Origin: an uncultured Lachnospiraceae bacterium
GTDB lineage: Bacteria > Bacillota > Clostridia > Lachnospirales > Lachnospiraceae
Assembly: GCA_948437735.1 (NCBI GenBank)
Contig: CAOJKD010000019.1
Span: 1-58,449, forward strand
Length of the DNA: 58,449 nt
Direction of reading: 5' to 3'
In this document: piece by piece, positions 37,157 through 49,600 of the stretch
Layout of the letters: each line of letters begins with the position of its first letter
Position numbering within the stretch: position 1 is the first letter of the stretch
Position numbers and translations under genes: made by a program
The notes under the pieces: generated by a model
What the model was told of the DNA's origin: nothing
The model's database searches: none
The model's input: the letters and a program-made list of their open reading frames with translations, nothing else

Positions 37157-37214
37157 AGAGCGTTTTTTGTTTTTGGAGATCAAGTCGCATAGAATGCGCA
37201 GAAAGAGGAATACA

Positions 37215-38621
37215 ATGGATCGTATCTATGGGAACTGGAAGAAAAAAGTGACCGTATTTTTGATGCTTTTTGTATTGGCAGCAGTGCATATAGTACCATC
37301 TGGAAGGGTGGATGCCGCCACAGCGCCGACGGTTACAGTGAAAAAAAAGACATTGTATGTCGGCGGGGACAGTTATAAGATCAAATTTAAAGATCTGGCA
37401 AAATCCAGTAAGGTAACTTATAAAAGTTCAGATACAAAAATTGCAAAAGTGACAACAACCGGCACGATCAAGCCAGTTGCAAAAGGAAGCGCGACAGTCA
37501 CAGTTTCGATTAAGCAGTCAAGCAAGACCTACACTTATAAAATTGCTGTTACAGTGAGCAATCCTTATGTAAAAATCACAAGCAAACCAGAGACTATGAC
37601 CGTCGGTGAAACATTTCAGATGGTCGGAAAAACTTACGGCTTGAAGGATGTGTCAGAGACTTGGACTGTATCGGACAAAACGGTTGCTACAATCAATGAA
37701 AAGACCAAAATACTTACCGCGAAGAAGGAAGGTACCGTAAAGGTAACGTTTAAGGATGCGACAAGCGGAAAGACCAGCACTGCAACAATCAGCGTTGTAG
37801 CACCGCCGCAGGAGGAAAAGGAGGAGGAAGAGCTTCCAGAAGACGAGCTGTTTGGCTATGATGTGGAAGATGGAGGCGTTATTATCACGGAAGTTTATGA
37901 TTCGACTGTGACTTCGCTGATTATTCCAAATTCGTTTGCAAATTACAAAGTTACAGCAATCGGAGACGGCGCGTTTGAGGGGCTTTATGATTTAAAGACA
38001 GTCAAGATTCCATCTACCGTTACAAGTATTGGCGATTATGCGTTTGGTTCTTGCAGTTCTTTAATGCAGATCGAACTGCCGTCAGGTTTGAAGTATCTTG
38101 GAGAGGGTGCATTTGAATATTGTGAATCATTGACGCAGGTTAGTCTGCCGAAGGGCATCGAAGAATTGCTGTCAGGCACGTTTTCTGGATGCAGCGCTTT
38201 AAAGACCGTAGAACTTGGATCTGTAAAGGCGATTGGCGACGAGGCATTTTATGAGTGTGTATCTCTTACATCCGTCTCGATTCCATCGACAGTAAAAACA
38301 ATTGGGACAAGTGCATTTGAATACTGTGAAAAACTTGCAACCCTCACACTGAAGTCAGGGCTTGAATATTTGGATGATTATGCATTTTCAGGTTGCCTTA
38401 AACTGACAACCGTATCGCTGCCAACTTCCTTAGAGTATCTTGGAAGCGGCGCGTTTGACAGCTGTGAATTGTTAAAGAGCGCAACGATTCCATCCTCTGT
38501 TGAAGATATTGGTTCAGGCGTTTTTGATAACTGCAACGAGTCTTTGAAACTGCGTGTCAAGAGAAATTCTGCGGGACATGAGTTTGCAGAGGACGAGGAG
38601 ATTCCATATTCTGTTTATTAA
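37215..38621 (+). CDS. Secreted protein with Big_2-like Ig domains followed by BspA-type LRRs
   Basis: ATG 37215 follows AGAGGAA. It has a signal peptide, then two Ig-like segments (ATVTVSIKQSS..., GTVKVTFKDATSG...). The same C/IG/AF LRR periodicity as the upstream gene follows. Confidence 0.6.
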   Translation: MDRIYGNWKKKVTVFLMLFVLAAVHIVPSGRVDAATAPTVTVKKKTLYVGGDSYKIKFKDLAKSSKVTYKSSDTKIAKVTTTGTIKPVAKGSATVTVSIKQSSKTYTYKIAVTVSNPYVKITSKPETMTVGETFQMVGKTYGLKDVSETWTVSDKTVATINEKTKILTAKKEGTVKVTFKDATSGKTSTATISVVAPPQEEKEEEELPEDELFGYDVEDGGVIITEVYDSTVTSLIIPNSFANYKVTAIGDGAFEGLYDLKTVKIPSTVTSIGDYAFGSCSSLMQIELPSGLKYLGEGAFEYCESLTQVSLPKGIEELLSGTFSGCSALKTVELGSVKAIGDEAFYECVSLTSVSIPSTVKTIGTSAFEYCEKLATLTLKSGLEYLDDYAFSGCLKLTTVSLPTSLEYLGSGAFDSCELLKSATIPSSVEDIGSGVFDNCNESLKLRVKRNSAGHEFAEDEEIPYSVY

Positions 38622-38679
38622 TATAACAGCTCACAGATCTAATATTTAATAAGTAATAAAGTAAAAACACAATAACAGT

Positions 38680-38715
38680 CCAGCCTTTGTCATACAGTGT
38701 AAGGCTGGATTGTTA
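38680..38715 (+). terminator. Terminator-like hairpin after the LRR gene pair
   Basis: CCAGCCTT (38680-38687) pairs with AAGGCTGG (38701-38708) around a 13-nt loop. The downstream U-tract is interrupted (ATTGTTAAAAATT...TTTTTTT). Confidence 0.35.
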
Positions 38716-38793
38716 AAAATTACGGATTATTTTTTTGTTTTCGTGATAAAATTGGAAATATCTTTATAGTTTTTCAGTAGCGGGAGGAGCACA

Positions 38794-39816
38794 ATGGTAA
38801 CAATTAGCATCTGCATGATAGTAAAAAATGAGGAAAAAGTACTTGCGCGCTGTCTGGAAAGTTTAAAGGGGCTTGCAGAAGAGATTATTATTGTTGATAC
38901 TGGTTCTACAGATGCCACAAAGGAGATTGCGCTGGAATATACAGACAAGGTGTATGACTTTGAGTGGATTGATGATTTTTCCGCAGCGAGGAACTTTTCT
39001 TTTCAAAAAGCAAGTATGCAATATATTTATGTGGCTGATGCGGACGAGGTATTAGAATATGCGGAACATGAACGATTTTTGCATCTGAAAAGAACACTTG
39101 ATCCATCCGTGGAGATTGTTCAGATGTTATATACAAATCAGCTCGAATTTGGAACTACCTATAATTATGATGAAGAGCTGCGGCCAAAACTTTACCGCAG
39201 AATCAGAGAATTTAAATGGCAAGGTGCAGTACATGAGATGGTGCGGCTTGAACCGGTGATTCTCGACACAGATATCCGGGTGAAGCATGTTCCAGTATCT
39301 GCACATTCAGAGCGGGATTTCTCCATGTTTTTAAAGGCGATCTGGCGCGAGGGAGACTTGTCAAAACATCTGACAGGCATGTATGCAAGGGAGTTGATGA
39401 TATCCGGCACAGAGCGGGATTTCGAACAGGCGATGCCGTTTTTTAAAAAGAAACTGGAACAGACATCCGATGAGACGATACTAAAACAATCGCTGTGCGT
39501 GCTTGCACATAGCGCTCGTATTGTCGGAGACACAGAACTCTTTTTTCAGTGTGCTTTAAAAAATGTCGCATTGGAAAAAGCGTCCTCCGAAATATGTTTT
39601 GAGCTGGGAGAATATTATCGTTCAAAAAACAATATTTATGAGGCACTAATTTGGTACTATAATGCGATTTATGAAACAGAACCTGATTTAAATTTGACAA
39701 TGAGCGGCAGTCGCCCAGCTGGAAGGCTGGCAGAATGTCATGAACAGCTTGGCAATATAGAAGATGCAAAACAGTACCGCAAGCTGGAAGAGGAATTTTT
39801 ACAAGCGCGGAAGTAG
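38794..39816 (+). CDS. Family-2 glycosyltransferase with C-terminal TPR-like domain
   Basis: The N-terminus ISICMIVKNEEKVLARCLESL...IIIVDTGSTDAT...YVADADE (DxD) is GT2-like. The C-terminal half is helical-repeat-like. Confidence 0.65.
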   Translation: MVTISICMIVKNEEKVLARCLESLKGLAEEIIIVDTGSTDATKEIALEYTDKVYDFEWIDDFSAARNFSFQKASMQYIYVADADEVLEYAEHERFLHLKRTLDPSVEIVQMLYTNQLEFGTTYNYDEELRPKLYRRIREFKWQGAVHEMVRLEPVILDTDIRVKHVPVSAHSERDFSMFLKAIWREGDLSKHLTGMYARELMISGTERDFEQAMPFFKKKLEQTSDETILKQSLCVLAHSARIVGDTELFFQCALKNVALEKASSEICFELGEYYRSKNNIYEALIWYYNAIYETEPDLNLTMSGSRPAGRLAECHEQLGNIEDAKQYRKLEEEFLQARK

Positions 39817-39964
39817 CACAATAAGTATAAAACTTTGTATTGTTGATCGGCGGACGAAATAAAAAGTGAAGTTCGCTTTTTTGCGGAATATCAAAAAAAG
39901 ATAAATCGAAGTTGAGTCAAAAAAACAAGTTGAAGTTTTGCGGGAATCAAATCAAAGAAAAACA

Positions 39965-40006
39965 AGGAAAGGGAGACTTTGCAAAGTCTCCTTCCTGTTT
40001 TTTATT
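39965..40006. terminator. Bidirectional terminator between the GT2 gene (+) and pyrG (-)
   Basis: The palindrome AGGAAAGGGAGACTTTG / CAAAGTCTCCTTCCT is near-perfect, with T-runs on both strands. Confidence 0.6.
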
Positions 40007-40080
40007 TGCGTCCGGTGCGAGCATCCATTACAGTGAAAAAAGAAATACAAAAAGCAGGAGAAAAAAGCTTGTCAATAAAG

Positions 40081-41691
40081 TTAATTTTTAAGCGCAGCTC
40101 CAATAAAACCATAAAACAGCGGATGTGGGCGGTTTGGACGCGATTTGAATTCTGGATGTGCCTGTGTGGCGATAAACCATGGATGGTCTGGAAGTTCAAT
40201 TATTTCTACAATGTGACCGTCCGGGGAAAGACCGCATAGAGACATGCCATGTTGGGTAAGTACTTTGCGATAGTCATTATTTACTTCATAGCGGTGGCGG
40301 TGGCGTTCCGCGATGAAATTGCTGCCGTACAGTGCGAACGCTTTGCTTGCCGGTTCCAACACACAAGGGTATGAGCCAAGGCGAAGCGTGCCTCCAAGGT
40401 CTTTCACGCCATTTTGTTCCGGCATTAGATGAATTACCGGATGACTTGTATCCGGGTTAAGCTCTGTGCTGTGCGCATCGGCAAACCCAATAACGTGACG
40501 TGCAAATTCTATAATTGCAAGCTGCATTCCAAGACAAAGCCCAAGAAATGGAATGCCATTTTCACGCGCATACTGAATGGCACAAATTTTTCCTTCAATG
40601 CCGCGCTGACCAAAACCGCCGGGAACAAGAACGCCGGAAACATCACCAAGCAGTTTGGACACGGATGCTTCTGTTACATCTTCCGCAGAAATCCACTTGA
40701 TTTCAACTTCTGAATGATAGGCGACAGCTCCATGTTTCAGAGCTTCTACAACGCTGATATATGCGTCGTGCAGCTGTGTGTATTTGCCGACAAGTGCAAT
40801 TTTTACTGTTTGTTTTGGATTTTTCCACGCATGGACCATAGCGGTCCATTCATGGAGATCCGCCTTCCGAAAAGGAAGCTCTAAACATTCGCAGGCAACG
40901 TCAGCAAGATGCTCTTTTTCCATCATCAGAGGGATCTCATAAAGAGTTTCCGCATCCAGATTTTGCAGGACATGAGAGCTTGGCACATTACAGAAAAGCG
41001 CGATTTTTTCGCGGATTCCAGGCTCAAGCGGCAATTCGGTGCGGCATATAATAAGATCTGGCTGAATGCCCATGCCCTGAAGATCTTTGACGCTCGCCTG
41101 CGTCGGTTTTGTTTTCATCTCGCCAGAAGCTTTTAAATAAGGGATAAGTGTAACGTGAATCAGCATTGTATTTCCGGCACCGGCCTCATGACGGAACTGC
41201 CGAATCGCCTCAAGAAACGGCTGACTTTCAATATCGCCGACCGTACCGCCGACCTCGATAATTGCAATATGTGGGTTATTCTTATCCGCTTTGCCGTTTT
41301 CAGGGCGGTAAAAACGATCTTTGATTTCATTTGTAATATGTGGGATAACCTGCACAGTGCCGCCGCCAAAGTCTCCTCGGCGTTCTTTGGAAAGAACAGA
41401 CCAGTAGATTTTTCCCGTTGTGATATTAGAATTTTTTGTAAGACTCTCATCGATAAACCGCTCATAATGCCCAAGGTCAAGATCTGTTTCTGCGCCGTCG
41501 TCAGTGACAAACACTTCGCCGTGCTGGATTGGATTCATCGTGCCAGGGTCAATGTTGATATAAGGGTCAAACTTCTGCATTGTGACATGATAGCCGCGCG
41601 CTTTCAGCAGACGGCCGAGGGATGCAGCAGTAATTCCTTTTCCAAGACCAGACACAACACCGCCGGTTACAAATACATATTTAACACACAT
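40081..41691 (-). CDS. pyrG: CTP synthase
   Basis: It begins [34 protein letters not shown] and ends in the glutaminase domain. ATG at 41691 follows GGGAAAGGG. Confidence 0.85.
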   Translation of the reverse strand: MCVKYVFVTGGVVSGLGKGITAASLGRLLKARGYHVTMQKFDPYINIDPGTMNPIQHGEVFVTDDGAETDLDLGHYERFIDESLTKNSNITTGKIYWSVLSKERRGDFGGGTVQVIPHITNEIKDRFYRPENGKADKNNPHIAIIEVGGTVGDIESQPFLEAIRQFRHEAGAGNTMLIHVTLIPYLKASGEMKTKPTQASVKDLQGMGIQPDLIICRTELPLEPGIREKIALFCNVPSSHVLQNLDAETLYEIPLMMEKEHLADVACECLELPFRKADLHEWTAMVHAWKNPKQTVKIALVGKYTQLHDAYISVVEALKHGAVAYHSEVEIKWISAEDVTEASVSKLLGDVSGVLVPGGFGQRGIEGKICAIQYARENGIPFLGLCLGMQLAIIEFARHVIGFADAHSTELNPDTSHPVIHLMPEQNGVKDLGGTLRLGSYPCVLEPASKAFALYGSNFIAERHRHRYEVNNDYRKVLTQHGMSLCGLSPDGHIVEIIELPDHPWFIATQAHPEFKSRPNRPHPLFYGFIGAALKN

Positions 41692-42142
41692 TTTATTTCC
41701 CTTTCCCTGCAACAAAGAAAAAAAGCATCCAGGATAGAGAGCAGCCGCAAAATTTCGGGTACACTATCCTAAATGCTAACGTCTTTGTTAGTATTCGTAA
41801 AAACAATTGTTATCATAACACAAATAAAAAAGAAAATCCAGTTTTTTTTTCAAAAAATGGAAGTTTGTTGTACTAAGGAAAAGATGTCATAAATACAAAA
41901 TGATATACGGGTAAAATATAGGAAGAGCAACATTCTTTTCACCGCCAAAAGGATGTGATTTTTTGCGCCTAGTAAAATTTATGAAAAATCAGTGAAATTC
42001 CATATAAATTCTTGATTTATAACATGTCTACTATTATAATGGAAACAATTGAGTATCGTCGCCATCCGAAGAAACAGGCTTGTGGAGGGCAGCTGGTACT
42101 AGATACAGCATCACGGCTGAATAAGGGAAAAAAGGAGTCCAA

Positions 42143-44104
42143 ATGGATAATCAAAATAATCAGAACAACAATCAAAACAACAACCAGGAGAATAAGAAAA
42201 AGAACAACCGTTTTGGCTGGCTGATCTGCCTGGTAGCGGCATTGTTTGTGCTCGGTCTGTTTTCTTACATGACAAAACAGCTTGAAGCGAGCACATTGCG
42301 CGAAGTTACTTACGGTGAGTTTATCAGTATGCTGGAGCAGGGGAAGTTATCAAAGGTGGAAGTACAGCCGGATAAGGAGAGAATTGTATTTTCGCCGTCC
42401 ACAGCTAGTTCCGGCTATCAGGAGGGCATTACGTACTATACAGGGTTTTTCCCTTATGATACAAAACTGCAGCAGCGGTGTGAGGATGCGGGAGTATTTT
42501 ATGCGGCGACCTACACAGATAAGAGCGTCACAATTCTCGATATTATCCTGTCTTATGTGCTGCCGTTTATTTTGATCTATGTCGTTATGTTTTTCTTGTT
42601 CCGTATGATCACAAAAAGCGGGGGCATGATGGGCGGCGTCGGCAAGAGCAATGCGAAAGTATATGTGGAGAAGGAGACTGGTATTACATTTAAAGATGTG
42701 GCAGGCGAGGAAGAAGCAAAAGAGTCTGTGAAAGAACTGGTGGATTTCTTGCATAATCCAGGTAAATATACCAGAATCGGTGCAAAACTTCCAAAGGGCG
42801 CACTGTTGGTTGGACCTCCTGGAACCGGTAAGACGCTGCTTGCAAAAGCGGTGGCAGGCGAAGCAAAAGTACCGTTTTTCTCGCTTTCCGGTTCGGATTT
42901 TATGGAGATGTTTGTCGGCGTCGGCGCGGCTCGTGTGAGGGACTTGTTTAAACAAGCGCAGAGCCAGGCTCCGTGTATTGTCTTTATCGATGAGATCGAC
43001 GCGATTGGAAAAAGCCGTGACGCGCATTATGGCGGGGGAGGAAACGACGAGCGGGAACAGACGTTAAATCAGCTGCTCTCGGAGATGGATGGTTTTGACA
43101 CATCAAAAGGTATTGTGATTTTAGCAGCTACAAACCGTCCAGAAGTGTTGGATAAAGCACTTTTGCGCCCAGGTCGCTTTGACCGCAGAATTATTGTAGA
43201 TAAGCCGGATTTAAAAGGGCGTCTGGAAATATTAAAGGTTCATTCAAAAAATGTATTGATGCATGATTCTGTCGATTTGGAGGCGATCGCATTAGCAACT
43301 TCAGGTGCAGTTGGTTCTGACCTTGCCAATATGATTAACGAAGCTGCGATTCTTGCGGTAAAAGAGGGTCGCACCGTTGTTACACAGGCGGATCTCTATG
43401 AATCTGTCGATGTCGTGATTGCGGGCAAAGAGAAAAAAGATCGCATTCTTAATAAAGAAGAAAAGCAGATTGTCGCTTATCATGAAATTGGTCACGCACT
43501 TGTGACAGCGCTTGAAAAAAAGGCTGAGCCAGTTCAGAAAATTACCATTGTTCCAAGAACCATGGGAAGCCTTGGCTATGTAATGCAGGTTCCAGAAGAA
43601 GAAAAATACTTGATGAGCAAAGACGAGCTTTTGACAAGGCTTGTTATGCTGCTTGGCGGGCGCGCTGCGGAGGAGGTTGTATTTCAATCCATTACAACAG
43701 GTGCGTCAAACGATATTGAAAAAGCGACATCACTTGCGCGCGCGATGATCACGCAGTACGGTATGTCCGAAAAATTCGGTTTGATTGGGTTAGAGTCGAT
43801 TGAGAGCAGATATCTTGACGGCAGACCAGTATTAAATTGCGCTGATGATACTTCCGCAGAAATTGACAAAGAGGTTATGAGGCTTTTAAAACAGAGCTAT
43901 GATAAAGCAGTTACAATTATGAAAGAAAACAGGGATGCGCTGGATAAGCTGGCAGAATATCTGTTTGAGAAAGAGACAATCACAGGAAAAGAATTTATTG
44001 AAATTTTTCGCGAGGTAAAAGGAATTTCGGAAGATACAAAAGAGAATCAGGAAGATTCTCTTTTGGTGCAGCCGGAAAGTACAGAAGGTACAGCGGCAGA
44101 GTAA
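42143..44104 (+). CDS. ftsH: ATP-dependent zinc metalloprotease FtsH
   Basis: It has Walker A GPPGTGKT, a second region of homology, and zinc site HEIGHAL. Two TM helices follow an Asn/Gln-rich N-terminus. Confidence 0.85.
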   Translation: MDNQNNQNNNQNNNQENKKKNNRFGWLICLVAALFVLGLFSYMTKQLEASTLREVTYGEFISMLEQGKLSKVEVQPDKERIVFSPSTASSGYQEGITYYTGFFPYDTKLQQRCEDAGVFYAATYTDKSVTILDIILSYVLPFILIYVVMFFLFRMITKSGGMMGGVGKSNAKVYVEKETGITFKDVAGEEEAKESVKELVDFLHNPGKYTRIGAKLPKGALLVGPPGTGKTLLAKAVAGEAKVPFFSLSGSDFMEMFVGVGAARVRDLFKQAQSQAPCIVFIDEIDAIGKSRDAHYGGGGNDEREQTLNQLLSEMDGFDTSKGIVILAATNRPEVLDKALLRPGRFDRRIIVDKPDLKGRLEILKVHSKNVLMHDSVDLEAIALATSGAVGSDLANMINEAAILAVKEGRTVVTQADLYESVDVVIAGKEKKDRILNKEEKQIVAYHEIGHALVTALEKKAEPVQKITIVPRTMGSLGYVMQVPEEEKYLMSKDELLTRLVMLLGGRAAEEVVFQSITTGASNDIEKATSLARAMITQYGMSEKFGLIGLESIESRYLDGRPVLNCADDTSAEIDKEVMRLLKQSYDKAVTIMKENRDALDKLAEYLFEKETITGKEFIEIFREVKGISEDTKENQEDSLLVQPESTEGTAAE

Positions 44105-44242
44105 TATTCCCCACGCCAAAAGCAAGGGATTTTTGCTGCCTTCTGAGGTGACCGGTTGACCAGCCCGCAGGCAAGAGCGAAACTGAAATAATTTTTGACA
44201 CAAACAGGCAAAAAGAGTGAAATGATGATAAGGGGAAACGCC

Positions 44243-46336
44243 ATGTTTGATATTGAGGAGGAATTAAAAAAACTGCCCGGCAAGCCGGGCGTTTATATTA
44301 TGCACGACAAACATGATACGATTATCTATATCGGCAAGGCAGTGAGTCTAAAAAACCGCGTGCGCCAATATTTTCAGAGCAGCCGTGGGAAATCGCCCAA
44401 AATACAGCAGATGGTTGCGAATATTGCATATTTTGAATATATTGTCGTGGATTCTGAGATGGAAGCGCTTGTGTTGGAATGCAATTTAATCAAAGAGCAC
44501 CAGCCAAAATATAATACAATGCTCAAGGATGACAAGAGCTATCCGTATATTAAAGTGACGGTGAATGAGACATTTCCAAGAGTTCTCTATGCACATCATC
44601 AGGAGCGTGATAAAGCAAAATATTTTGGACCTTATGCGAGTGGCTACGCGGTGAAAGAAACGCTGGAACTGCTGCGGAAAACGTACTGTTACCGCAGCTG
44701 CAATAAACAGTTGTCCGGCGAAAAAGCGCAGGGCAGACCTTGTTTATATTATCATATCGGGCAGTGTAAGGCTCCGTGCCAAAATTACATTTCAAGAGAA
44801 GATTACCAGAGAAATATTGATGAAATATTGGAATTTTTAAATGGTAATTACAGTATTTTAACAAAAAAACTGACGGCGGAGATGATGGCGGCTTCCGAGA
44901 AGATGGAGTTTGAAAAGGCGGCGGAATACCGGGATTTGTTAAACAATGTAAAAAAGCTCTCCCAGCAGCAGAAAGCCAGCAATACTGCGGGCAGCAACCG
45001 GGATGTGATCGCATTTGCAACGGCGGGCGACGAAGCAGTTGTACAAGTATTTTTTATCCGCGAGGGAAAGATGCTTGGCAGAGAACACTTTTATTTGACT
45101 GGCGTTGAAAATGAAGAAAGACCCGATATTATGGCAAACTTTTTAAAGCAGTACTATGCGGGTACGCCGTACTTGCCAAAAGAGCTGCTGCTTAGTGAGA
45201 AATTGCGTGAGGAAGAGGAATCGCTGATTGCCGAGTGGCTTTCGGGCAAGCGCGGCAGCCGCGTAAAAATTCTTGTGCCGCAGCGCGGTGATAAAGAGCG
45301 TTTGATTGCGCTTGCAGAAAAAAATGCATCTATGGTATTGCAGCAGGATACTGAGAAGATAAAGCGGGAAAAAGCCCGCACAACAGGCGCGGTAAAGCAG
45401 ATTGCCGAATGGCTTGGACTGCCGCAGATTTGCCGGATTGAATCTTACGATATTTCAAATACGAGCGGTTTTGAATCCGTCGGGTCAATGGTCGTCTATG
45501 AGGATGGAAAGCCGAAAAAGAATGATTACCGCAAGTTTAAGATACGAACTGTAATCGGCGCGGACGATTATGCGAGCATGAGGGAAGTGCTGACAAGGCG
45601 TTTTCTTCATGGACAAAAGGCTTCAGCTCTTGAATCACTGCCAGAAAGTAAAAAAGACGAACAAGAAATTTCTGGGATATCTTCTTCTGGAATCATAAAT
45701 AATCTTGTATCCGGTGATCTGCCACAGGAAAGCAGCCAGAAAGTCAGGGAAGCCCACACATTATTTCAGACAGAAAAAACAGAAGATATTGATGTATTGG
45801 AAGAAAAAGAAAAAAGTAAAAAAACTGACGATAAGAAAAAAAGTTCTAAAACGCTCGACAGTTTTCAGTGTTTTCCAGATTTGATTATGATGGACGGCGG
45901 GCGCGGGCAGGTGAATATTGCACTTGAAGTACTGGATGAATTGGGAATTACCGGGGTTGCAGTGTGCGGCATGGTAAAGGATGACCATCACCGCACGCGG
46001 GGACTATATTATAATAATGAAGAGATACCGATTGATACGGCAAGCGAAGCATTTCGGCTGGTTACCCGGATTCAGGATGAAACGCACCGTTTTGCGATTG
46101 AATATCACCGCTCATTGCGGGGAAAAGCGCAGGTACATTCCATTCTTGACGATATTCCGGGAATTGGAGCAGTGCGCCGCAGAGCGCTGATGAAAAAGTA
46201 TGAATCGCTTGATGCATTAAAATTGGCCACAGCAGAAGAAATTGCAGAGCTGCCGGAATTTAACCGCGCTGCGGCAGAGCAGGTGTATCAATTTTTTCAT
46301 CAAAAAACAAGTGAGGAAGATATCAAAATACAATAG
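44243..46336 (+). CDS. uvrC: Excinuclease ABC subunit C, with a ~85-aa low-complexity insertion before the C-terminal RNase H-like/HhH region
   Basis: It has GIY-YIG ([29 protein letters not shown]), a UvrBC-interaction region and a C-terminal HhH. ATG 44243 follows AAGGGGAAAC. Confidence 0.8.
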   Translation: MFDIEEELKKLPGKPGVYIMHDKHDTIIYIGKAVSLKNRVRQYFQSSRGKSPKIQQMVANIAYFEYIVVDSEMEALVLECNLIKEHQPKYNTMLKDDKSYPYIKVTVNETFPRVLYAHHQERDKAKYFGPYASGYAVKETLELLRKTYCYRSCNKQLSGEKAQGRPCLYYHIGQCKAPCQNYISREDYQRNIDEILEFLNGNYSILTKKLTAEMMAASEKMEFEKAAEYRDLLNNVKKLSQQQKASNTAGSNRDVIAFATAGDEAVVQVFFIREGKMLGREHFYLTGVENEERPDIMANFLKQYYAGTPYLPKELLLSEKLREEEESLIAEWLSGKRGSRVKILVPQRGDKERLIALAEKNASMVLQQDTEKIKREKARTTGAVKQIAEWLGLPQICRIESYDISNTSGFESVGSMVVYEDGKPKKNDYRKFKIRTVIGADDYASMREVLTRRFLHGQKASALESLPESKKDEQEISGISSSGIINNLVSGDLPQESSQKVREAHTLFQTEKTEDIDVLEEKEKSKKTDDKKKSSKTLDSFQCFPDLIMMDGGRGQVNIALEVLDELGITGVAVCGMVKDDHHRTRGLYYNNEEIPIDTASEAFRLVTRIQDETHRFAIEYHRSLRGKAQVHSILDDIPGIGAVRRRALMKKYESLDALKLATAEEIAELPEFNRAAAEQVYQFFHQKTSEEDIKIQ

Positions 46337-46602
46337 AAGTGTTTTTATAATTCTTATAGGATAAAGGATTTCTTTTTTCATGATTTCCTCGCATTTTTTC
46401 AATCAAGGGAACTTTGGGCTGCGCAGCAGCACAAATTCCAAGGTTGAAAATTTTTAATTTTCAATCTTTTTATAGGGGGAAAAATTTCCACAAATACACA
46501 GAAATACAATGAAAAATATATTATAATAGCAATATAATTATAATATGAAAAGCATTTATATCAAGTTAAATTATTAACATAAAGATAATCAGGAGGTATT
46601 AC

Positions 46603-49600
46603 ATGGCGTTTACTCATCTACATGTACATACAGAGTACAGTCTTTTGGATGGTTCGGGCAAAATCAAGGAGATGGTGCTGCGTGCAAAAGAACTTGGTAT
46701 GGACAGCATGGCGATCACAGACCACGGTGTTATGTATGGTGTGATTGATTTTTACCGCGCGTGTAAAGCGGAGGGGATTCGGCCGATTTTAGGCTGTGAA
46801 GTTTATGTCGCGCCGGGCTCTCGTTTTGAGAAGGAGGGAGCCGCCGCGGAGGAGCGATATTTTCATCTTGTTCTGCTTGCAAAAAATAATGTTGGATATT
46901 CCAATTTAATGAAGATTGTATCCAAAGGATTTATTGAGGGATTTTACTACAAACCGCGCGTGGACCGGGAGCTGCTTATGGAGCATCACGAGGGAATTAT
47001 CGCGCTTTCCGCCTGCCTTGCGGGCGAGGTGGCAACCCTTTTGCGCAGAGGATTTTACGAGGAGGCAAAAAAGGCGGCGATGGAACTTTCCGGGATTTTT
47101 GGGGAGGGGAATTTTTTCCTTGAACTGCAAGATCATGGAATTCCAGAACAAAGAACGGTCAATCAGGGGCTTTTGCGCATGTCAAAAGAAACTGGGCTGC
47201 CGCTTGTAGCGACAAATGACGTCCATTATACGCTTGCCGAAGACTGGAAAGCGCATGATATTCTTTTATGTATTCAGACACAGAAAAAGGTGTCCGACGA
47301 AAACCGAATGCGCTACGAGGGCGGACAGTATTATATTAAGTCCCCGCAGGAGATGGAAGAGCTGTTTCCCTACGCGAAAGAGGCTGTTGAAAATACGCAT
47401 AAGATTGCAGAACAGTGTGATGTTGAGATTGAATTTGGAAATTATAAATTGCCGAAATTTGATGTGCCAGACGGTTATACCGCGTGGGAATATCTTCAAA
47501 AACTGTGCCATGAAGGGCTAAAACGCCGCTATCCAGAAAACTTTCAGGAATTGGAGGAACGTCTGCAGTATGAGATGGACACAATCCACAATATGGGTTT
47601 TGTGGATTATTTTTTAATTGTATGGGATTTTATTCGGTATGCGAAAGAGCGCGGAATCGCGGTAGGCCCTGGGCGCGGAAGTGCTGCGGGCAGTATAGTT
47701 TCTTATTGTCTGGAAATTACAAATATTGATCCTATCAAATATAACTTGTTGTTTGAGCGGTTTTTAAACCCAGAACGCCTGACTATGCCTGATATTGATA
47801 TTGACTTTTGCTTTGAGCGCAGACAGGAAGTAATTGACTATGTTGTTGAGAAATATGGCAAAGATCGGGTGGTGCAGATTGTTACTTTTGGTACAATGGC
47901 GGCCAAAGGTGTGCTGCGCGATGTGGGACGAGCACTTGATATGCCTTATGCACAATGTGATGCAATTGCAAAAATGGTTCCAAAAGAGCTGAATATCACA
48001 CTGGATAAAGCGTTAAAAATGAATCCTGATTTTGCATCGGCGTACCGCGGCGACGAGCAGGTAAAATATTTGGTTGATATGTCAAAACGCTTGGAAGGTC
48101 TGGCGCGCCATGCCTCAATGCACGCGGCCGGCGTCGTGATCAGTAATGCCCCGGCAGACGATTACGTCCCTCTTTCCCGCTCGTCAGAAGACACGATTAC
48201 AACGCAGTTTACAATGACGACGCTTGAGGAATTGGGCCTTTTGAAAATGGATTTTCTAGGGCTTCGCACATTGACAGTAATTCAGAATGCAGTGAGGCTT
48301 GTCCAGAAAGAATACGGAAAAAAGGCTGCGGCAGGGGAAGAATATCCGGGATTTATCGGCGGAGTTCTCGATATTGATAAAATTGATTACGCGGATGCAA
48401 AAGTGTATGATCTGCTTTGTTCCGGTAAGACCGAAGGGATTTTTCAGTTGGAAAGCGGCGGAATGAAAAGCTTTATCAAAGAGTTAAAACCGCACAATAT
48501 TGAGGATGTAATCGCGGGCATTTCGCTTTATCGTCCGGGACCGATGGATTTTATTCCAAAATATATCAAAGGGAAGAACGAGCCGGATTCAATCCAGTAT
48601 GAGTGCAAAGAATTGGAGCCGATTTTGGAGCCGACTTACGGCTGTATTGTCTACCAGGAGCAGGTAATGCAGATTGTGCGGGATCTCGCAGGCTACAGCT
48701 ATGGACGCAGCGACCTTGTGCGCCGTGCAATGTCGAAGAAAAAAGCGTCTGTGATGGAGAAGGAGAGGAAAAATTTTGTTTACGGCAATGAGGAGGAGAA
48801 TGTTCCCGGCTGTATTGCAAAAGGAATTCCAGAGAAGATTGCAAATCATATTTATGACGAGATGATTGATTTTGCAAAGTATGCATTTAATAAATCCCAT
48901 GCGGCGGCTTATGCAGTTGTCGCGTATCAGACCGCCTTTTTGAAATGTTATTATCCGGTCGAATTTATGGCGGCATTGATGACTTCGGTAATTGATAATC
49001 CAAACAAAGTCGCAGAGTACATATTTAATTGCAGACAGCTTGGCATTGCGATTCTTCCGCCGGATATCAATGTCGGCGAAGCATCATTTTCCGTCGATAA
49101 CGGGGCGATACGCTACGGATTGACGGCGATCAAAGGGCTTGGAAAACCTGTGATTGACGAGCTTGTCAAGGAGCGTGAAACAAATGGATTATACAAGGGG
49201 CTGAAAGATTTTATTGAGCGGCTGTCGAACAAGGAAGTCAACAAAAGAACACTGGAAAGTTTTATCAAATCCGGTGCGCTTGATACAATACCAGGCACGC
49301 GCAAGCAGAAAATGTATGTTTATATTTCAATTCTTGATGCAATAGCAGAGACAAAAAAACAGTCTATAACTGGTCAGATGTCGATGTTTGACCTGTTTGC
49401 GCCGGAGGAAAAACAAGCTTATGACAATAGTTTTCCAAATGTTGGAGAGTACACAAAAGAAGAATTGCTCGGCTTTGAAAAGGAAGTTCTTGGCATCTAT
49501 ATCAGCGGGCATCCACTTGAAACTTATGAGACAGCAATGAAAAAGAATGTGACAAAAACGATGCTTGATTTTCTTGTTGATGAAGAAACCGGGGAGAGCA

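Noticed and set aside
39817-39960. Degenerate direct repeats GAAGTT(C)GC...TTTTGCGGGAATCAAA in the GT2-pyrG spacer
   Set aside because: There are only two loose copies of ~25 bp with indels. This is most likely slippage in an A/T-rich spacer, and I could not tie it to a function.
42143-42230. Asn/Gln-rich repeat ([20 protein letters not shown]) at the FtsH N-terminus
   Set aside because: It is a low-complexity cytoplasmic tail before TM1 of an otherwise canonical FtsH. It is probably strain-specific slippage (AAC/CAA repeats) with no functional implication I can support.
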